DNA of 64,000 nt from Schmidtea polychroa (taxonomy: Eukaryota): the NCBI GenBank assembly GCA_044892525.1, contig CM097887.1, positions 109,842,397-109,906,396 of the forward strand. Reading direction: 5' to 3'. The translations under genes were made by a program, and so were the position numbers. The notes under the pieces were generated by a model, which ran no database searches, had not been told where the DNA came from, and worked only from the letters and a program-made list of their open reading frames with translations. Of the stretch, positions 1-12,889 are shown piece after piece (the first letter of the stretch is position 1; each line of letters opens with the position of its first letter).

Positions 1-39
1 TAGTTTCATAACGTCATTGCTTAAATCTTTGTTGTTTAA

Positions 40-606
40 CCCTTTCAATACTGTAGGGACATATTGTCCCAGAGAATTTCTATTAATTATTAAAATAATT
101 TAAATGCTTACAAATGCATTGGGATCTGGGATTTTAGTACTGTACGGTCATAGGCTTCTAAACAAGTCCCAACCTGTCTGCTTTGGTGCTGTTTGCTGTC
201 TGCTTTTTTTCTATTCTATAAATTTTTGTCAGTCTAGATGTTGCTAACAAACAGTAGACACGTGTCACGCTTATTACTAACTGTGTTTTTATATGTGCTG
301 TGCTTGGAATTGCCAAGTAAGCTATTTATAATTTTATTTTACTTATTTAGTCTGCAGCAATAGTTTTTATGAGTTTTTTATTTCCAAAAATAACAAAGTG
401 ACATATGTCCCAATAGTGTTAATTATATTATGTCCCATTAGTATTGAGTAACCTATATATTCAAAATTTTCGTTTTTGAATGGATAAACCTTTGTCAGAT
501 CATTTATTAAAATATTTGTTTTTCCCGTCAAACTAAATTAGCAATTAAATATTTTGTGCTATAAATATTACATGAATTATTAAAATAAAAAATAGTATTG
601 AAAGGG
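40..606. mobile_element. piggyBac-type MITE (non-autonomous)
   Basis: 13-bp TIRs CCCTTTCAATACT (40) / AGTATTGAAAGGG (606), TTAA on both sides (36-39, 607-610), subterminal ATGTCCC repeats, no ORF. Confidence 0.9.
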
Positions 607-2557
607 TTAAAAGGCACATAAGCAATCGTTTATCTGACAATGATGGAATGAAGAATAACTTTTAGTAATCAAAACTGTACTGCCTAAATTTCTTTTTAGA
701 TTAGCCTATGTTTAGTGAAATTAAGCTAATTTAATAAGAGTAATAAAAAATAACTAACTACCAGTTTTTATTTTTGATAATATTTTCTTAAAAATTTTCC
801 TTTCAATATTCCGGAAACAAATGAACGTGTTTGTCTCTCACATTCGTATTTAATTATTGACAAATTGATCAAGTCAGTGCAAGTACGAGTATTCCCGCAC
901 TGCCTTTGCGAAGCAATGGATAAGAATGAACTGTAATTTATACTGCGTGTATGCGTGTAACTGTAACATGATGATACTGGTATAATCATATGCAACATTT
1001 TACAAGTTCAAAGGTTATTGCGATCACAAATCGAATAGCCCAATTGCACAATTTTATAAAAAATACTTAATTATTATGTAATTGGGAGTAGTAAATACAA
1101 TAAAAATGTGTACTATAAAATCCCTACTTCACTACTAATATTATAATTGCGAAAATAAGCTTTTCTGTTTGTTACGCTTTCTCGTCAAACCATAATAATA
1201 TGTTTTACTTCTCATAAAAAAAGCAACAAATCTCCATGATTTTTTACGCAAATAAAGTTGGAGGTCTAGCCAGGTAGAGAGTTGACACAGACTACAATTT
1301 ACCGAGGAAATGTTTTAAAAAATATAAACTTTCCTTTCTGTTTGGTATCTTTTTCTTTGCAATTCACACATGCGAATATCTAAGAAAAAGGATGTTATTT
1401 TTTTTCTCAATTTTCCTATAACGGTTTTTACAAACACAATTTTAAAATATTATGCATAATGTTTATTGTACATATTTTCTGCTTATTAAATTTTTGATTG
1501 CATTTTATTTTTGAAAAATTTTCTTCTAAAATATTAGTTTGTGATATTTTGAAGAAACTGAATAATATTTGAAAATTCGTTAATTATGTCATTTATAAAA
1601 TCTTAACTACAATCGTATTGTAATATTGTTACATTTTATGTAGTATTAATAATCTCTAAAATAAATAAATACTTATTTCAGTCATATGATGATATTGTAA
1701 TGTTTGCTAGAATAATAATAATTAATCATAAAATGGAAAGCTGGGGTATAAACACACAACATGCTTCTTTTTGTTATTCTAAATCCTTTAAAGAAATTGG
1801 TTTGTTCTTTCACGGATCCTCCTTCCTACTCTTTTCCCATAGAATATTAAAATCAAAATACATTCGTGAAAAGCATTAGAGTGTGAATACACCCAAGGTT
1901 TGCATCGCAGAATTAAAATATATAGTGAGGACAAAGGTCATTTAATTGTAATGTGTCAACAATATGTAAATTTACTATTCTGTGGCTTTTCTTCTTCTGC
2001 CCCAAATCTTCAAAATTTTATTTGAAGAAATTTTTTTGGAAACAAAAATTAATTTTTAAAAATTCAACAATTTGAAAATGGACTAATGATATAACTTCTT
2101 TGCTCTTATATATCAATCTAACATGTTTTTAAATAAATCAGATTGATCTAAGATTAGGAATTCGTCATTTAAAATTGCTTGATCGTTATTAAAATCCATG
2201 AATAAGAGATTTTTAAAAATATTTTTAAAAATATCCATTTATTAATGATATTATATTGGGGCCCCTAATTTAAACCCAACTAGCGTGGAATTCGAAAGAA
2301 TATTTTAAATTTCATTAAAATTTCTCTACTAAAAAAATGAAATGAAATGGCTTGAAATATTTCGAAAATTTCTCGTTGAAGTTTTAAATTTAAAATTGTC
2401 GGTGTTAAACTGAATTAAAGTTTGTTTATATTGTTTGTGCTTCTATTTGATAAAAATTAATTTCAATAAATTTTAATACTAAAAGAAGTGAACAAAACGT
2501 ATGAAAATTTTTTTTCGATTGAAATATATCCCTTAATTTAATGAATATTTAATTGAG

Positions 2558-3410
2558 ATGAAAAGACACAAGAGTAGAGCAGAAAAACGAAAAGACATTA
2601 AGAAGCGAAAAGAAGCTATCGATAAATCAGCGAAAATCACCTCATTTTTGAAGAGAGCAAGCCAAAACAATGAAGAAGATTCTTTTGAATCATTAAACGC
2701 ATAAGTCAATGGCGATTCATTTGATACATTCGTTCAAGAACATGAAGATTTAACAGTTGCAGAAGAAAAAAAATTGAATACGTCGAGTGATTTAGATCAG
2801 AGCTTCTCAAACTTTTTTTACTTAGCGACCTCATTAACCCTAGCAAATATTCTGCCGATGAAAATAGTAATATAAAATAAAATATTTATTATATTCAAAA
2901 AATATTTTATTTTGAAGCCAACCTAATGTTTTTTTAGTTACAATCTTCCGTTTTCTTGAAATTTCTACGACCCCATCGTGGGTCGCGACCCACACTTTGA
3001 GAACCACTGATTTAGATAATGATCATTATTTAGTTTCAAAAGTCGTTTTTGATATCGCTCTTCTTCAGTCAAACGATCCACATATAAGAAAAACATTCTT
3101 GAATGCTGAGCGCATAATTCCTCAATCACTTCCAATCGACATCGACAACAAAAAATTTCCAGTTCATATCTTTAATAAAACGCTTCAGAATGGAGAAAAG
3201 GCATCTCGGGATTGGATTTATTATAGTGAGTCGACAAAATCTATTTACTGTGCTTGCTGCTTATTTGCAAATGAATTAGCAAGTAATTTCACAAAAGGTT
3301 GGAACCGTGATAAAGGTTGGCAAAAATTAAAAGACAAAGTTCCTGCACATGAAAATTCAAATTCTCACTTAAAAAATTATGTTAATTGGAAGAATGAAAC
3401 ACAAGTGGAA
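2558..3410 (+). pseudogene. hAT transposase N-terminal fragment (ZMYM1-like, TTF-type zinc finger), interrupted by a MITE
   Basis: MKRHKSRAEKRKDIKKRK... start at 2558 with an in-frame stop; continues after the MITE as RDWIYYSESTKSIYCACCLF...WQKLKDKVPAHENSNSH, the WLxYSxxxxxxYCxxC...HExSxxH pattern of TTF zinc fingers. Confidence 0.75.
2798..3009. mobile_element. hAT (Charlie/Buster-type) MITE
   Basis: TIRs CAGAGCTTCTCAAA / TTTGAGAACCACTG, perfect 8-bp TSD ATTTAGAT (2790-2797, 3010-3017), subterminal GGGTCGCGACCC. Confidence 0.9.
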
Positions 3411-3589
3411 GATTCTTACATATATGATATTTACAGCTTTACCATTCAGCAATTCAAGCACATATTCTCCGGTAGGAGTTTGATGCATTTCGAAACAGAA
3501 AAAGGATGTTATTTTTTTTGTTTCTTAATTTTCCTAAAACGGTTTTTACAAACAGTTCACAATATTTCCGTCTTTGACGAATCTCAAAA

Positions 3590-4000
3590 ATGATAGTAGT
3601 TGCACATTTTCGATGATGTCTAGTTGAATTGTCCACAATTTTAAATATCATCTTTCGAATGACCAAATGTTTCTCTTAGTCGATATCTTCAGAAATATCT
3701 TATTTTTTTCGAGCGAGGGTTTTTGATGACAACGAACGATTTTTAGATTTTTCTACATCCTTATTCGACAACATGGTTTCAGCTGCAATTTTCAATGCGG
3801 ATTTAATGATTTCTTCAGTCTCTGCAGATGGATTTTTTCGTTTGAAGTTGATAAATCTTTAAGCTCTTAAACTAAGCTGATCTGACATAGGTGTAAACTT
3901 TTTCAATCTTTCCTATTGGTTTTGAAGACTTGATCGCAGAGTATCAAATAAATTGATCGGGTTATTCTTATGATCTGAATGTTTCATCTTAAAATGTCTT
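3590..4000 (-). pseudogene. Buster/ZBED-type hAT transposase fragment
   Basis: Minus strand reads LKRHFKMKH...AETEEIIKSALKIAAETMLSNKDVEK...SLSSKTLARK..DISEDID with stops and frameshifts; same region as in the 18.5-20.7 kb element. Confidence 0.65.
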
Positions 4001-5286
4001 TTTAACACTATTATATTATAGCCATTGACGATTAGTCGTAATAATAAAAAAATAATATAAAAATGTGAATAAAAATATTTCGTAAGATAACTATTTTATT
4101 ATCACTTTTATTATTACTATTTTATTACTATTTTTTATTACTAATTTTTATTTAATCAGAAATCCCGGGATTGGAAACTTAATAGTCAAGTTACTAACCT
4201 TTTTCTTGGTTTTAATTTAGGTCTCCCTAAATTTCAAATTACATATTACTGTAAACTCTTTAAATTTGAAAAGGTTTCAAAAAATTATATTTTTTCGATG
4301 CTTGCCAGATTTTTGTGACACCCTTAAAACACCAGTGGCTCGACATTGATTTAGACTAAATTTGTTATGAAGGATGCAGTTTATAGACACGTAATTTTCA
4401 TTTTATACAATTTTTCGACATATCCTTTATAAAGACTATCGAAATTTGGTTAAACATTAATATTTAGTTATATTTTCTCCCTCGCTTGTTTCTATGTTTA
4501 AATCTAAAATTTCTTCCATCAAAAAATTAATTCCAGGACAGAATGATTTCACGATTTCACGATTTTGGAAAAGTCTAAAATTTCAATTGGAATCTAAGTT
4601 GAAGTTCACAGTTCTCTTTAAAACAATACCTCATTTTAAATATGTTCTAAACATTTTGAAACTATTCCAACATGAATCCAAAGCCGCTTCTATATTTCTG
4701 ACAGAGTAGTTTTAGGATCAGTTTCAGCGACACATCTCATCTCATTGTCAAGGTTTCCCAAATTTCATCTCCTTCAAACTTATATTTAGAGATTCACCTT
4801 CAATTCTATTTTTTTTCAATTTATTTTGTGGGCTGCCTTTAATGGATTGTGGTGAAATATAGATAAATTTCTCGTAAATCACCATTTTCCATTATTACTT
4901 TTAATTAGTAATAAAATAAACAGACAATTGAAAGCTAATATGCAATATGTTGAACATCGTCCTTTTTACTAAATTATTTATAAATAAATTCAATCTCCTG
5001 CTTGTTTATTTAAGAAATTTAATCATTTAACCCTTTCGCAACTCATGGTACACATGTACACCAATAAGTTTTATGTAAACAAAAATACGACGCGAAATAG
5101 TTAAACAGTTAATTTTTAAACGGACATTTCATTTTGAAAAAGCTCAATCTTATTATTTTATTTCTATAAATATATGAAATATATTTTGAAATTTACTGAG
5201 AAAACATTGGTAAAAGTCTTAGTGATCGAATGTTGTCATTTGACACTGATTATTTGATTATATTGACTATTAATATTATTTTATAG

Positions 5287-5866
5287 TTATTTGAGCTGGA
5301 TATTTATTATACCAACAATTTTTGATTTACTTGGAACAAGTGTTGCTGGTAATTTATAATAATAAGCTGCTGGTAAAATATAAATAATATGTAGGGATAA
5401 GCCTTTTATATATCGATGCTTCGGTTTGGCAAATGATGAGAGGTTCCTTGATTATCTTTGTTGGAATTTTATCAGTTAGACATTAATTTGTTTATAATTA
5501 AATAATAATTTTCTGATAGTTGATTTTTCTTAAACGTGTCCTACATTTGTTTCATTGGACTGGAATGTCTTTTACTGTTATTGGACTTCTTTTAGTCGGC
5601 CTATCTGGTGTTCTCAAAACTAAAGATCCCGGTTCAACTGGTGGACACAAAGTACTTGGTAAATTAATACCAAAATTAGGTTTCGAATTATAAATTTCAC
5701 ATAATATAGGCGTTGGACTGGTGTTAGCTGGATCACTTATATCAGCAATGCAAATGGTTTTAGAAGAAGGTTTATTAAAGAAAAGAGGTTTTCATCCTTT
5801 ACAGGTTGTTGGAAGTGAAGGAGTAATAGGAACTCTTTTAACAGGCTTAGTATGTGAATATTGAAC

Positions 5867-5908
<42 letters not shown>

Positions 5909-8736
5909 TTTTTTTTTAATATTATATTTAAGGAAAGTGTTAAATTTATGTTTGTTAATATTTCATAATAGACTTCTTGTTTTCAGGTGGTTTTACCGAT
6001 TTTATATTTCATAAAAGGATCTGACTATGGTTCATATGAGAACGTATTGGATGGTATAGTTCAAATAGGCCAGAACCCAGTTCTTCTAATAAACATGATT
6101 TTGTACATAATCTCAATAGCTTTCTACAATTATTTCGGTCTTTCTATCTCAAAAAATCTGACAGGTAATATTTTTTTTATTATCCCTTTCAAATATTTAT
6201 TAATTTTCATAAATTTTAATTTTTATGTAAATTTATTATAATAATTAAATTGACATATTTTAAATTATTATGTTTAATATATATTGAATTCAATTGTACA
6301 TATGTTGCGGTGAAATTTACTAATATTCATTAATTTCAATCGATCGTGTGAAAACGTTAAAATTGAAAGGCGGTGAAATATTATTTGAAAAATATCATTT
6401 AGTTCAATAATGTAGTTGATTTTTATTTTATTTTTCTCTTTAAAGTTGGTAAAGAAAATCCATTTGATCGTGAGAAAAATCTTTTAAACATTTTAATGAA
6501 GGAAAATAATAAATGCTGATTTGCATTGATAATAGAATTATATTTCAGTTGGACGAGATAATTGTAAAGATAATTTAAGAAAATAAATAATTGAAAAAAT
6601 TAAATAAATTAGTAATTTATTATTTTATTGATATGAATATTATTATTGATATGAATATTATTATTGATATGAATATTATTATTGATATGAATATTATTAT
6701 TGATATGAATATTATGAGGAAGTTGAAAGATTCTTAAAGATTAATTACAAATTTTGTTAAATTTAAAATATATTTTTATTGAAAAATATTTTAAAAAGAA
6801 GACCGAAATTTATCATTTTTAAAAAATATTTTAAGAATAACTGAAATTTGTTTAAATAACAAAAATAAGAAGAGACAAGTTTTTGAGTATATAATTTATT
6901 AAATAAAATTTATGGAATTATTTAGTGATTTGAAAACGGATATTAATGTTCTCACGGATGAGAATCCTAATAAATATTATTATTGATGACTATGACGCCA
7001 CTGAAACGTCACACGATATTCTTGTCATTTTCGGGTGGGTAGAACATACTATGGATGTTATAGATTTAATAAACAAATTACGAAATTTATTATTAAAAAA
7101 TTTTCAAGTAAATTTAAATAATTAATTATTTTTAAATTAAACTATTTATTCTTTAAAATTATTTAAAAGATTTTAATAATTTTTTTTTAATTTTTTTTAT
7201 TCACGCGCATTTAAAATTTTATTTTATCAATCAATTTTAAAAATTTTAAAAATAAACTATTTAACAACAATCCATTTTCACTATATTTACCATCTTAACT
7301 ATTTAAAAATATTTTAAACGTTTTTGAATTTTAAGTAACTTTTAAGACTTGAATTTTGAATTTTGTAAAAGGTTTTTCGACACACTTACACCCACACAAT
7401 TACAACAAATTACATATGATCACAATAAACATAAATCTCGATCGATCATTAAAAACCCGACCCATGCACACTCAGCACACCAAAGCGTATCAATTGTGTG
7501 CATCAAGGACACATACATATTATGGTCAGTTGATAATATTTAAGTTATTTTTCATTATATTTACATTTGTTTAAAGGTTTTTAAATATTTAATTTTCTAA
7601 TGTTAATAATATTTTTAATGAAATGAAAATGCCGTATTTATTATAAATTTCATGACATTATTTTCAAAAAGGTAAGATTTATTAAAATTTTATTTGCACC
7701 ACATCTTTAAATGTCTCCTTAAAATGCTAATAATTTCTAGAAGAATTTTTTGTGATTGCAATGATTTTCTCTCCGTTTCATGACTCGGATCAATCTCTTA
7801 TCAATTTCTGAATAAATTAATTTAATATTTCAATTATTGGTTGCTTACGTTTTTCGAAGCTTTTCTTCTACATTTTCCATAATTTCTGTTCATCTATTAT
7901 CATTTTCCAAATGTCTAAAAACGTTTTAAATTGGTATCTTGTTAAATAAATTAAAATTTACATTAACCTTTTTTGCTCCATTTCTCTCATAGAAAGTTGA
8001 AACGTGATAAAGCGCTTGAAATATCTTGAAATTGCATATTTTTATCATTACAAATGTTCGTAATAAATGATTAAATTGTACATAATTTTTAACCTTTTGC
8101 GTATATTATATTTTTATCACCAAAATTATTTTTCTGTCTTTTTATAGTAAATGCCCTTAATTTTTGTCCTTATTTCAATTAGGTATTTATTTTTTATATA
8201 TATAAATTAATTATTTTATATTAGACATTAATTTGTGACTTTCCGCCCGTAATTTATGTGCTTGCTGTATTATTGTGTGTATTTAACCCAGTTGACTTCA
8301 AAATAAATGATTTCAAATCTTTTTCCTTATCGATTTTATTTTTACTCCAAATAAATTTTTATTCTATTAAGCCGTCCATCGAACCTTGATCGATGCTCTC
8401 CGGACAATATTAGTCTGGGGGGTAAATTTGATCATTTACTACGGCGTGGAAACAAAATTCGGTGAAAGATTTGACACGACATATGGATTATTGCAGAGTA
8501 TAGTTTTTTTATAACTTGCTATTTCTGACATTTCGAAAACATTTCCAGTCGACGGATTTGCATTCCTAATGATAGGCACGATGCTATACAATCGGGTTAT
8601 GAATTTAAATTTCATACCGTTTTGCTATGTGGAAGACCAGAAACCTACAGCGCCTCTGGATAATATTATCAACGAGGAAAGGATTTACACAGACGAAGGT
8701 GAAGAGGACAATGAGAAAAAATCATTAATAAATTAG
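5287..8736 (+). CDS. SLC35F6: SLC35F6-like nucleotide-sugar transporter family protein, 3' part (exons 5287-5348, 5395-5474, 5520-5658, 5710-5849, 5987-6164, 8372-8497, 8549-8736); 5' exons not located
   Basis: GT-AG splicing gives an open frame: IPTIFDLLGTSVAGISLLYIDASVWQMMRGSLIIF...SAMQMVLEE...LQVVGSEG...SIAFYNYFGLSISKNLTAVHRTLIDALRTILVW...LQIDGFAFLMIGTMLYN, stop TAG at 8734-8736; four introns of 45-51 nt, one of 137 nt and one of 2.2 kb. Confidence 0.88.
5869..5907. repeat. (ATT)n microsatellite in intron
   Basis: Direct reading. Confidence 0.95.
6622..6714. repeat. 18-bp tandem repeat ATTGATATGAATATTATT x~5
   Basis: Direct reading. Confidence 0.9.
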
Positions 8737-8869
8737 AAATAATTATTTTCATTATTTTTATTCATACAATTTTGTGATTGTTTTATTTTTGGTTTAATTT
8801 CAATAAAGTTTTTAGAAATATATTTGTAATTTTTATAATAAAAATTTATGTAGATTTATGTTTCATATT

Positions 8870-9120
8870 TTATAATTTGTAATTTCTTATTTTCTATTTA
8901 TAATTTTTTATTTATAATTTATAATTTCTTATTTTTTATTTATAATTTCTTATTTTTTATTTATAATTTTTTATTTATAATTTATAATTTCTTATTTATA
9001 ATTTCTTATTTATAATTTCTTATTTTTTATTTATAATTTCTTATTTTTTATTTATAATTTCTTATTTTTTATTTATAATTTCTTATTTTTTATTTATAAT
9101 TTCTTATTTTTTGTTTACAA
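8870..9120. repeat. ~21-bp degenerate tandem repeat TTATAATTTCTTATTTTTTAT
   Basis: Direct reading. Confidence 0.9.
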
Positions 9121-10620
9121 TTTGTTATTCGTAACATATTTTCTTTTTTACCATTACTATTCAATAATAATCTTCACTGTTTCTTTTATTTGCATTGCAG
9201 GATTACTCAAAAACATGGTTGCCACGAAAACATAACCTTTTCCAGCTCGACATTACTTTATTAAATATGCCATGTCGTATACGTATCTCAATAACTAGGA
9301 CAGCTAGATTATTGGCCTTTTTACTGCTATCGGTCATAAATAACATTTAATTTTTTAAATAAATTTGAAAATAGTATGCATTTATTTTCATAGAAAATGG
9401 TAAATATCTGTCGATACAAAGATGTGAATAAAAATGAACCAGAACTTTATTGGGTTGTACACCATTTCAAAATTCAATCTGTTATAAACAGACAATTTGT
9501 AAGTTATATGCCCGTGAGATTTTTTCTGATTATATAAAAATACAAAGCACAATTAATTTGAAATAGTGAGTCATTTGTGATTTTGAAGGAGTTGGGCAGA
9601 ACCGGATGTATTTTTTATTTGTCCCGTGGTTCTGACTGCATGTTTCTAAAAAGTAAGTGTGCGGAATTGTATAAATTTGTCTGCTTATAGCAAATTGAAA
9701 ATGAAAATGGTGTAACTATTAATAAACGACACCCGGTCAACTACTAAACCATAATACTTGTTAATCAACATATGCTCCTCACAAATTTACCTATACAGTG
9801 ATCTTACAAAATATATTCTTTATCAATAACTAAATCAAACACTAATGGTAGAGACTGAGACTAAACAATTTAATAGCAATATCCTTATTATTTGATAATT
9901 ATTAATCTTGTGTTCTTTTCTTTTAAAGGCAAAAAGTCTATTTTCTAAATATATCATATTATTTTATTATCTGTATAAATATTACAAATATAAATTTTGA
10001 AACATTTAGTAACTATTTTCTTTCCTATTCTAAAATTTAAAAACAATTAAATCACATTTTAATTCATTAATAAAAAATAAATCCGGAACTCTCTAGACGA
10101 TTAAAAATAAAGTTTTAAGTAATCTAAATGAGCTGAAAAATTGTCAGCAAAAGTTGGAAATTTTGTCTTAATTTGTAAATGTAAAAGGTCTAGACTAAGG
10201 GAAACAATTGTATTAATATAAAATAAAATTGCATTAATAAAATTTTTAATAAAAAACCTTATAAACATTTAGTTAATATAAAATACAGTGTCAATGAACT
10301 GAAATAAACATTTAAAAATTTGTTTCAATTTTAACCAGAACATTTTTAGATATTAATAGTTAGTAAAACAAAAAATGCTTTTAATTTTCAAATAACTAAC
10401 AATGGATTTGTGAGGGAGTAAATTAAATTAAATATCCATTAATTTTTTTATTAAATTATTATATAGCTAATTGCATGTGAAAATTTATTGTCAATATTAT
10501 CATTAATTATTTAAAATATTTGTCACAAGAAATTTGTTTAAATAATATAACAAATAGTTTTGAATTCGAATAAATAAAAATTATCTTCTATATTTATTTA
10601 ATACATAACACGAATAAACA

Positions 10621-11874
10621 TGTAGTGATGGAGTCAATGAGAATGCAAATTCTGTTAATTTCGAAGAGGACTAGGATTTTTTTTGGCACGGTTTGATGGA
10701 GAGAAAGGGATTGTGAAATGGAATTGGATCGAGAACGACCCAACGGCGCTGATGACTTCGATATTTTAGTGTTGGATTAGAACTGATTTTGAGCCTAAGT
10801 GGTTGAATCGTATTTGAAAAAGTTGGGACATAGCACACAAACATAATATGAAGTTGAGTTAAAATTAAACACGTCCTAACATTAATTAAACAATTAAATA
10901 GAATCCACTCAACACAAAAATAATAAACACAAAAGTAAACTTAAATGAAACAAAACCAAGAAATTGACTCAAACACAACATAGATACATAACAGAAGTAG
11001 GCAAATCTGGAAAGCCTCAGTGAAGGCGCAGACGACCACGTGGTTCGGGAAAGAAACAGCACTATCAATAAAGCATTAGAGTGTGATCTCCGGTCATTCA
11101 ATGGAATTAACTATGTTATACAATTTGTCTTGTGTTAGAATTGTTTAGGAATAAAATTTGGTTAGTAACTTCGTTGCGTCTTTTTGGAAATATAGGTCGA
11201 TGACAGGATAAAGTTGATATAATGGTTGTAATCAGGGGTGTTTGGGTAATGGGGCAATGATGGACTGCGGAATAAGGAAAACAAGGGAAAATAATAGCTG
11301 TCTCTCAATTTTTTCCAGTTTATTTGGTTTTTACACCTCATGTTTATATCATATTCAGTGTTACGATTGATGGAAAAAATATGAGCGAATCGCGAAGCGG
11401 CCCTGCAACTGGCGAACACTTTAAAAGTACGCGTTGAGAAGCTCAGGGGAGAGCGCGAGAGTTGAAGAGCAAATGGTTTCATTCAGAGGTGATGCAGAAG
11501 TGTATGAAACAAATCGGCCTCTTACAAACACAAGCCGGCCAAGATCAAGTTGAAATCCAGACATTAAAGATTAGAAACAAAAGTGAATCAGGCTGCCATT
11601 AAGCTGTTCATCAGCGAGATACAGCCGGTGACCAGTGTAGGAGTAGACGTGACAAGAGGGGCGTGCTCAACAACAAGACACAATCGGCCTGGGAAACAGG
11701 AGCATGTCCGGCGACGTGCTCGCAAAGAAGCGTGCATCACAGGATGTGTAAATAAACAATTATTGTAGTAAATTGAATTAATGGTGTAGCCTCTAGTCTT
11801 CGAATTTTATATATAATTAAGTCAATGAATAACGGGTTCTAGTAAAGTCGAGTTGTTAGACGAGACCTGCTACA
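10621..11874. mobile_element. Probable solo LTR
   Basis: Block more GC-rich than its flanks, bounded by TGTAG...CTACA; no matching TSD found. Confidence 0.4.
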
Positions 11875-11875
11875 G

Positions 11876-12515
11876 TTACACGATTATTTGTAATAAGGGG
11901 ACCTGAATATAAGACGGATACACTTTTTGAAAGTTCTCATCCGTTCGATACAGTACCAACGTTGATTTATCAACGAGTATCGAGTTGAATAGAAACCTTG
12001 TATCCTGTGCTATGCTGGAAACAGACGAACGGGTAATCCACCTGTAATCCACCATTAGTATAAATTTTCCCACAGACCTGAGAATGGAGTTAATGAAGTT
12101 GTTGAAAGTTGTGTCAAGAACTGATGGTGGTAGCCTTATAATACTGAGATCAGGGCGGGGCTTCATCTGATGACAGAAATTCAACAAAACAAAATGACAC
12201 CAGTTTTAGACTATCGAAAAATCAACGAATATGTTTTAAGTCACAATGTGTAGGCCGATGCCGGTTAGAAAAAATTGAGAAAATGGCGGAAATATGGATA
12301 TGATGTTGATATAGTTGATTTGAAATGATGATAAAGAAAACGAAAAACAAATCCTCTCGTCATATTTCGCTTGTATTTATTCACAAAAGCTCTCAGGAGT
12401 AGTTTAAAGACTAGTATCAGTCGCTTTTCTGTGAATTTCAGTCGATAAGATTCTTCCTTCCGTTGAATAAGCAGGTCCAAAAACGGTATCAGACATTTTT
12501 TCTTCTTCACACGTA
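11876..12515 (-). pseudogene. Penelope-like retroelement fragment (RT C-terminus/thumb and linker)
   Basis: LIPFLDLLIQR...STEIHRKATDTSL...FVNKYKRNMTRGFVFR across frameshifts resembles the PLE pattern LPFLDVLI...TSVYRKPT...YKRGLI. Confidence 0.6.
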
Positions 12516-12889
12516 AATTTAATATTCATATGCAAATCATTCATAAACTAAGAAAGACCTTACATGCTCACGATTCTCAAACACTAAAAAAATATCATCA
12601 ACATAACGTTTATACACAGTTGGTTTAGTTCAATTTTCTTTTCTAAACTTGACATAAAAATAGACGCCATTGTTGGAGTCAATGGGAAACCCATTGCAAA
12701 ACCATGAACCTGTCTATACCACTCATTGTTAAAAAAGAAAATTCACATTCGACGTTACAAATTCAAGTAATTTACTAAATGCAATTTCATCAACTATCTT
12801 ATGTTCAATAACATTTTCTTTCCACATCATTTAGTTGTTATTATTACGATTCCTAGACTGAAGTAGGTTGTTAAACTGTCGAAATATAT

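Noticed and set aside
5031-5100. 70-bp piggyBac-like relic between TTAA sites
   Set aside because: The TIR match is short and imperfect (CCCTTTCGC vs CTATTTCGC), too weak to list as a feature
5349-5374. Duplicated splice donor GCTG|GTAA 24 nt downstream
   Set aside because: Using it introduces an in-frame TAA, so it is unlikely to be productive
9200-9530. Possible exons of a further host gene
   Set aside because: No splice combination gave a recognisable or consistently open product on either strand
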